Part shown: piece after piece, positions 63,699 through 64,000 of the stretch | Layout: each line of letters begins with the position of its first letter | Position numbering within the stretch: the first letter of the stretch is position 1 | Assembly (NCBI GenBank): GCA_900541805.1 | Contig: UQLH01000010.1 | Coordinates: forward strand, 185 to 64,184 | From: an uncultured Collinsella sp. | Lineage (GTDB): Bacteria; Actinomycetota; Coriobacteriia; Coriobacteriales; Coriobacteriaceae | DNA length: 64,000 bases | Reading direction: 5' to 3' | The notes under the pieces: generated by a model | Told to the model about the DNA's origin: nothing | Database searches by the model: none | The model's input: only the letters and a program-made list of their open reading frames with translations | Program-made: the position numbers and the translations under genes

Positions 63699-63998
63699 CT
63701 ATTCGTCTTCTTCGTCAACGTCCGGAGTAAGATCTCCGAGGTAGACGAGCTGCTCTTTGGCTTGGGTGACGACATGCCTCACCACATCGGGAGTAAGCTG
63801 TCCGGCGTGGAGCGAGAGCTCGAGGGCCACGGGAAGGTTTACGCCGGTCACTATGAACGCGCCTCGCGGAGCCGAGCAGGCTACGAGCTGGTTTACGCTG
63901 CCCTGAAGGATGTCGGTGAGAACGAGGGTCTCGTCATCTTCGGCGATGCCCTCGAATGCGCTGGCGAGCTTCTCCTCGAGCGGGGTTTCGTCTGTAAA
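63699..63998 (-). CDS. PTS Man/Fru-family EIIA (partial, cut by the window end)
   Basis: Translated by hand: ...LVLTDILQGSVNQ...IVTGVNLPVALEL...AKEQLVYL...EEDE*. Confidence 0.85.
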   Translation of the reverse strand, partial: FTDETPLEEKLASAFEGIAEDDETLVLTDILQGSVNQLVACSAPRGAFIVTGVNLPVALELSLHAGQLTPDVVRHVVTQAKEQLVYLGDLTPDVDEEDE

Positions 63999-64000
63999 CG

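Overview
A GC-rich window that looks like Coriobacteriia chromosome, probably Collinsella (inferred from gene content, the RodA-PbpA fusion and the intergenic repeat family). The backbone carries two LytS/LytTR two-component pairs, an amidohydrolase with an APC permease, arcC, nifJ (PFOR), dnaX-ybaB-recR, the fhaA-fhaB-pstP-rodA/pbpA-pknB cluster and two further Hanks kinases. Accessory cassettes include a Cel/Lac-family PTS-GH1 operon bracketed by ~140-nt direct repeats, an AAA_14/DUF4143 ATPase, a fructoselysine (frl) operon, and a LevR-like regulator with GH32 and a Man-family PTS IIA. The standout is an AT-richer ~5.4-kb island (about 28279-33644) lying between two diverged copies of the 3' half of an FHA gene. 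It encodes a radical SAM/SPASM maturase and two tandem Cys/Asp-rich precursor peptides that share an MKHIHP leader. The second precursor is 59 aa and is missing from the ORF track. Each precursor has three C-x(2-5)-D-x-C-x(2-3)-D modules. The island also holds a 35-aa membrane peptide and an ABC exporter, so it reads as a candidate two-precursor, freyrasin-like ranthipeptide (RiPP) system. Also notable: a split DUF3830 plus cucumopine-synthase-like gene pair behind a structured 5' leader, and fossil dapH and IS110 fragments. All calls come from reading motifs by eye; no database searches were run.
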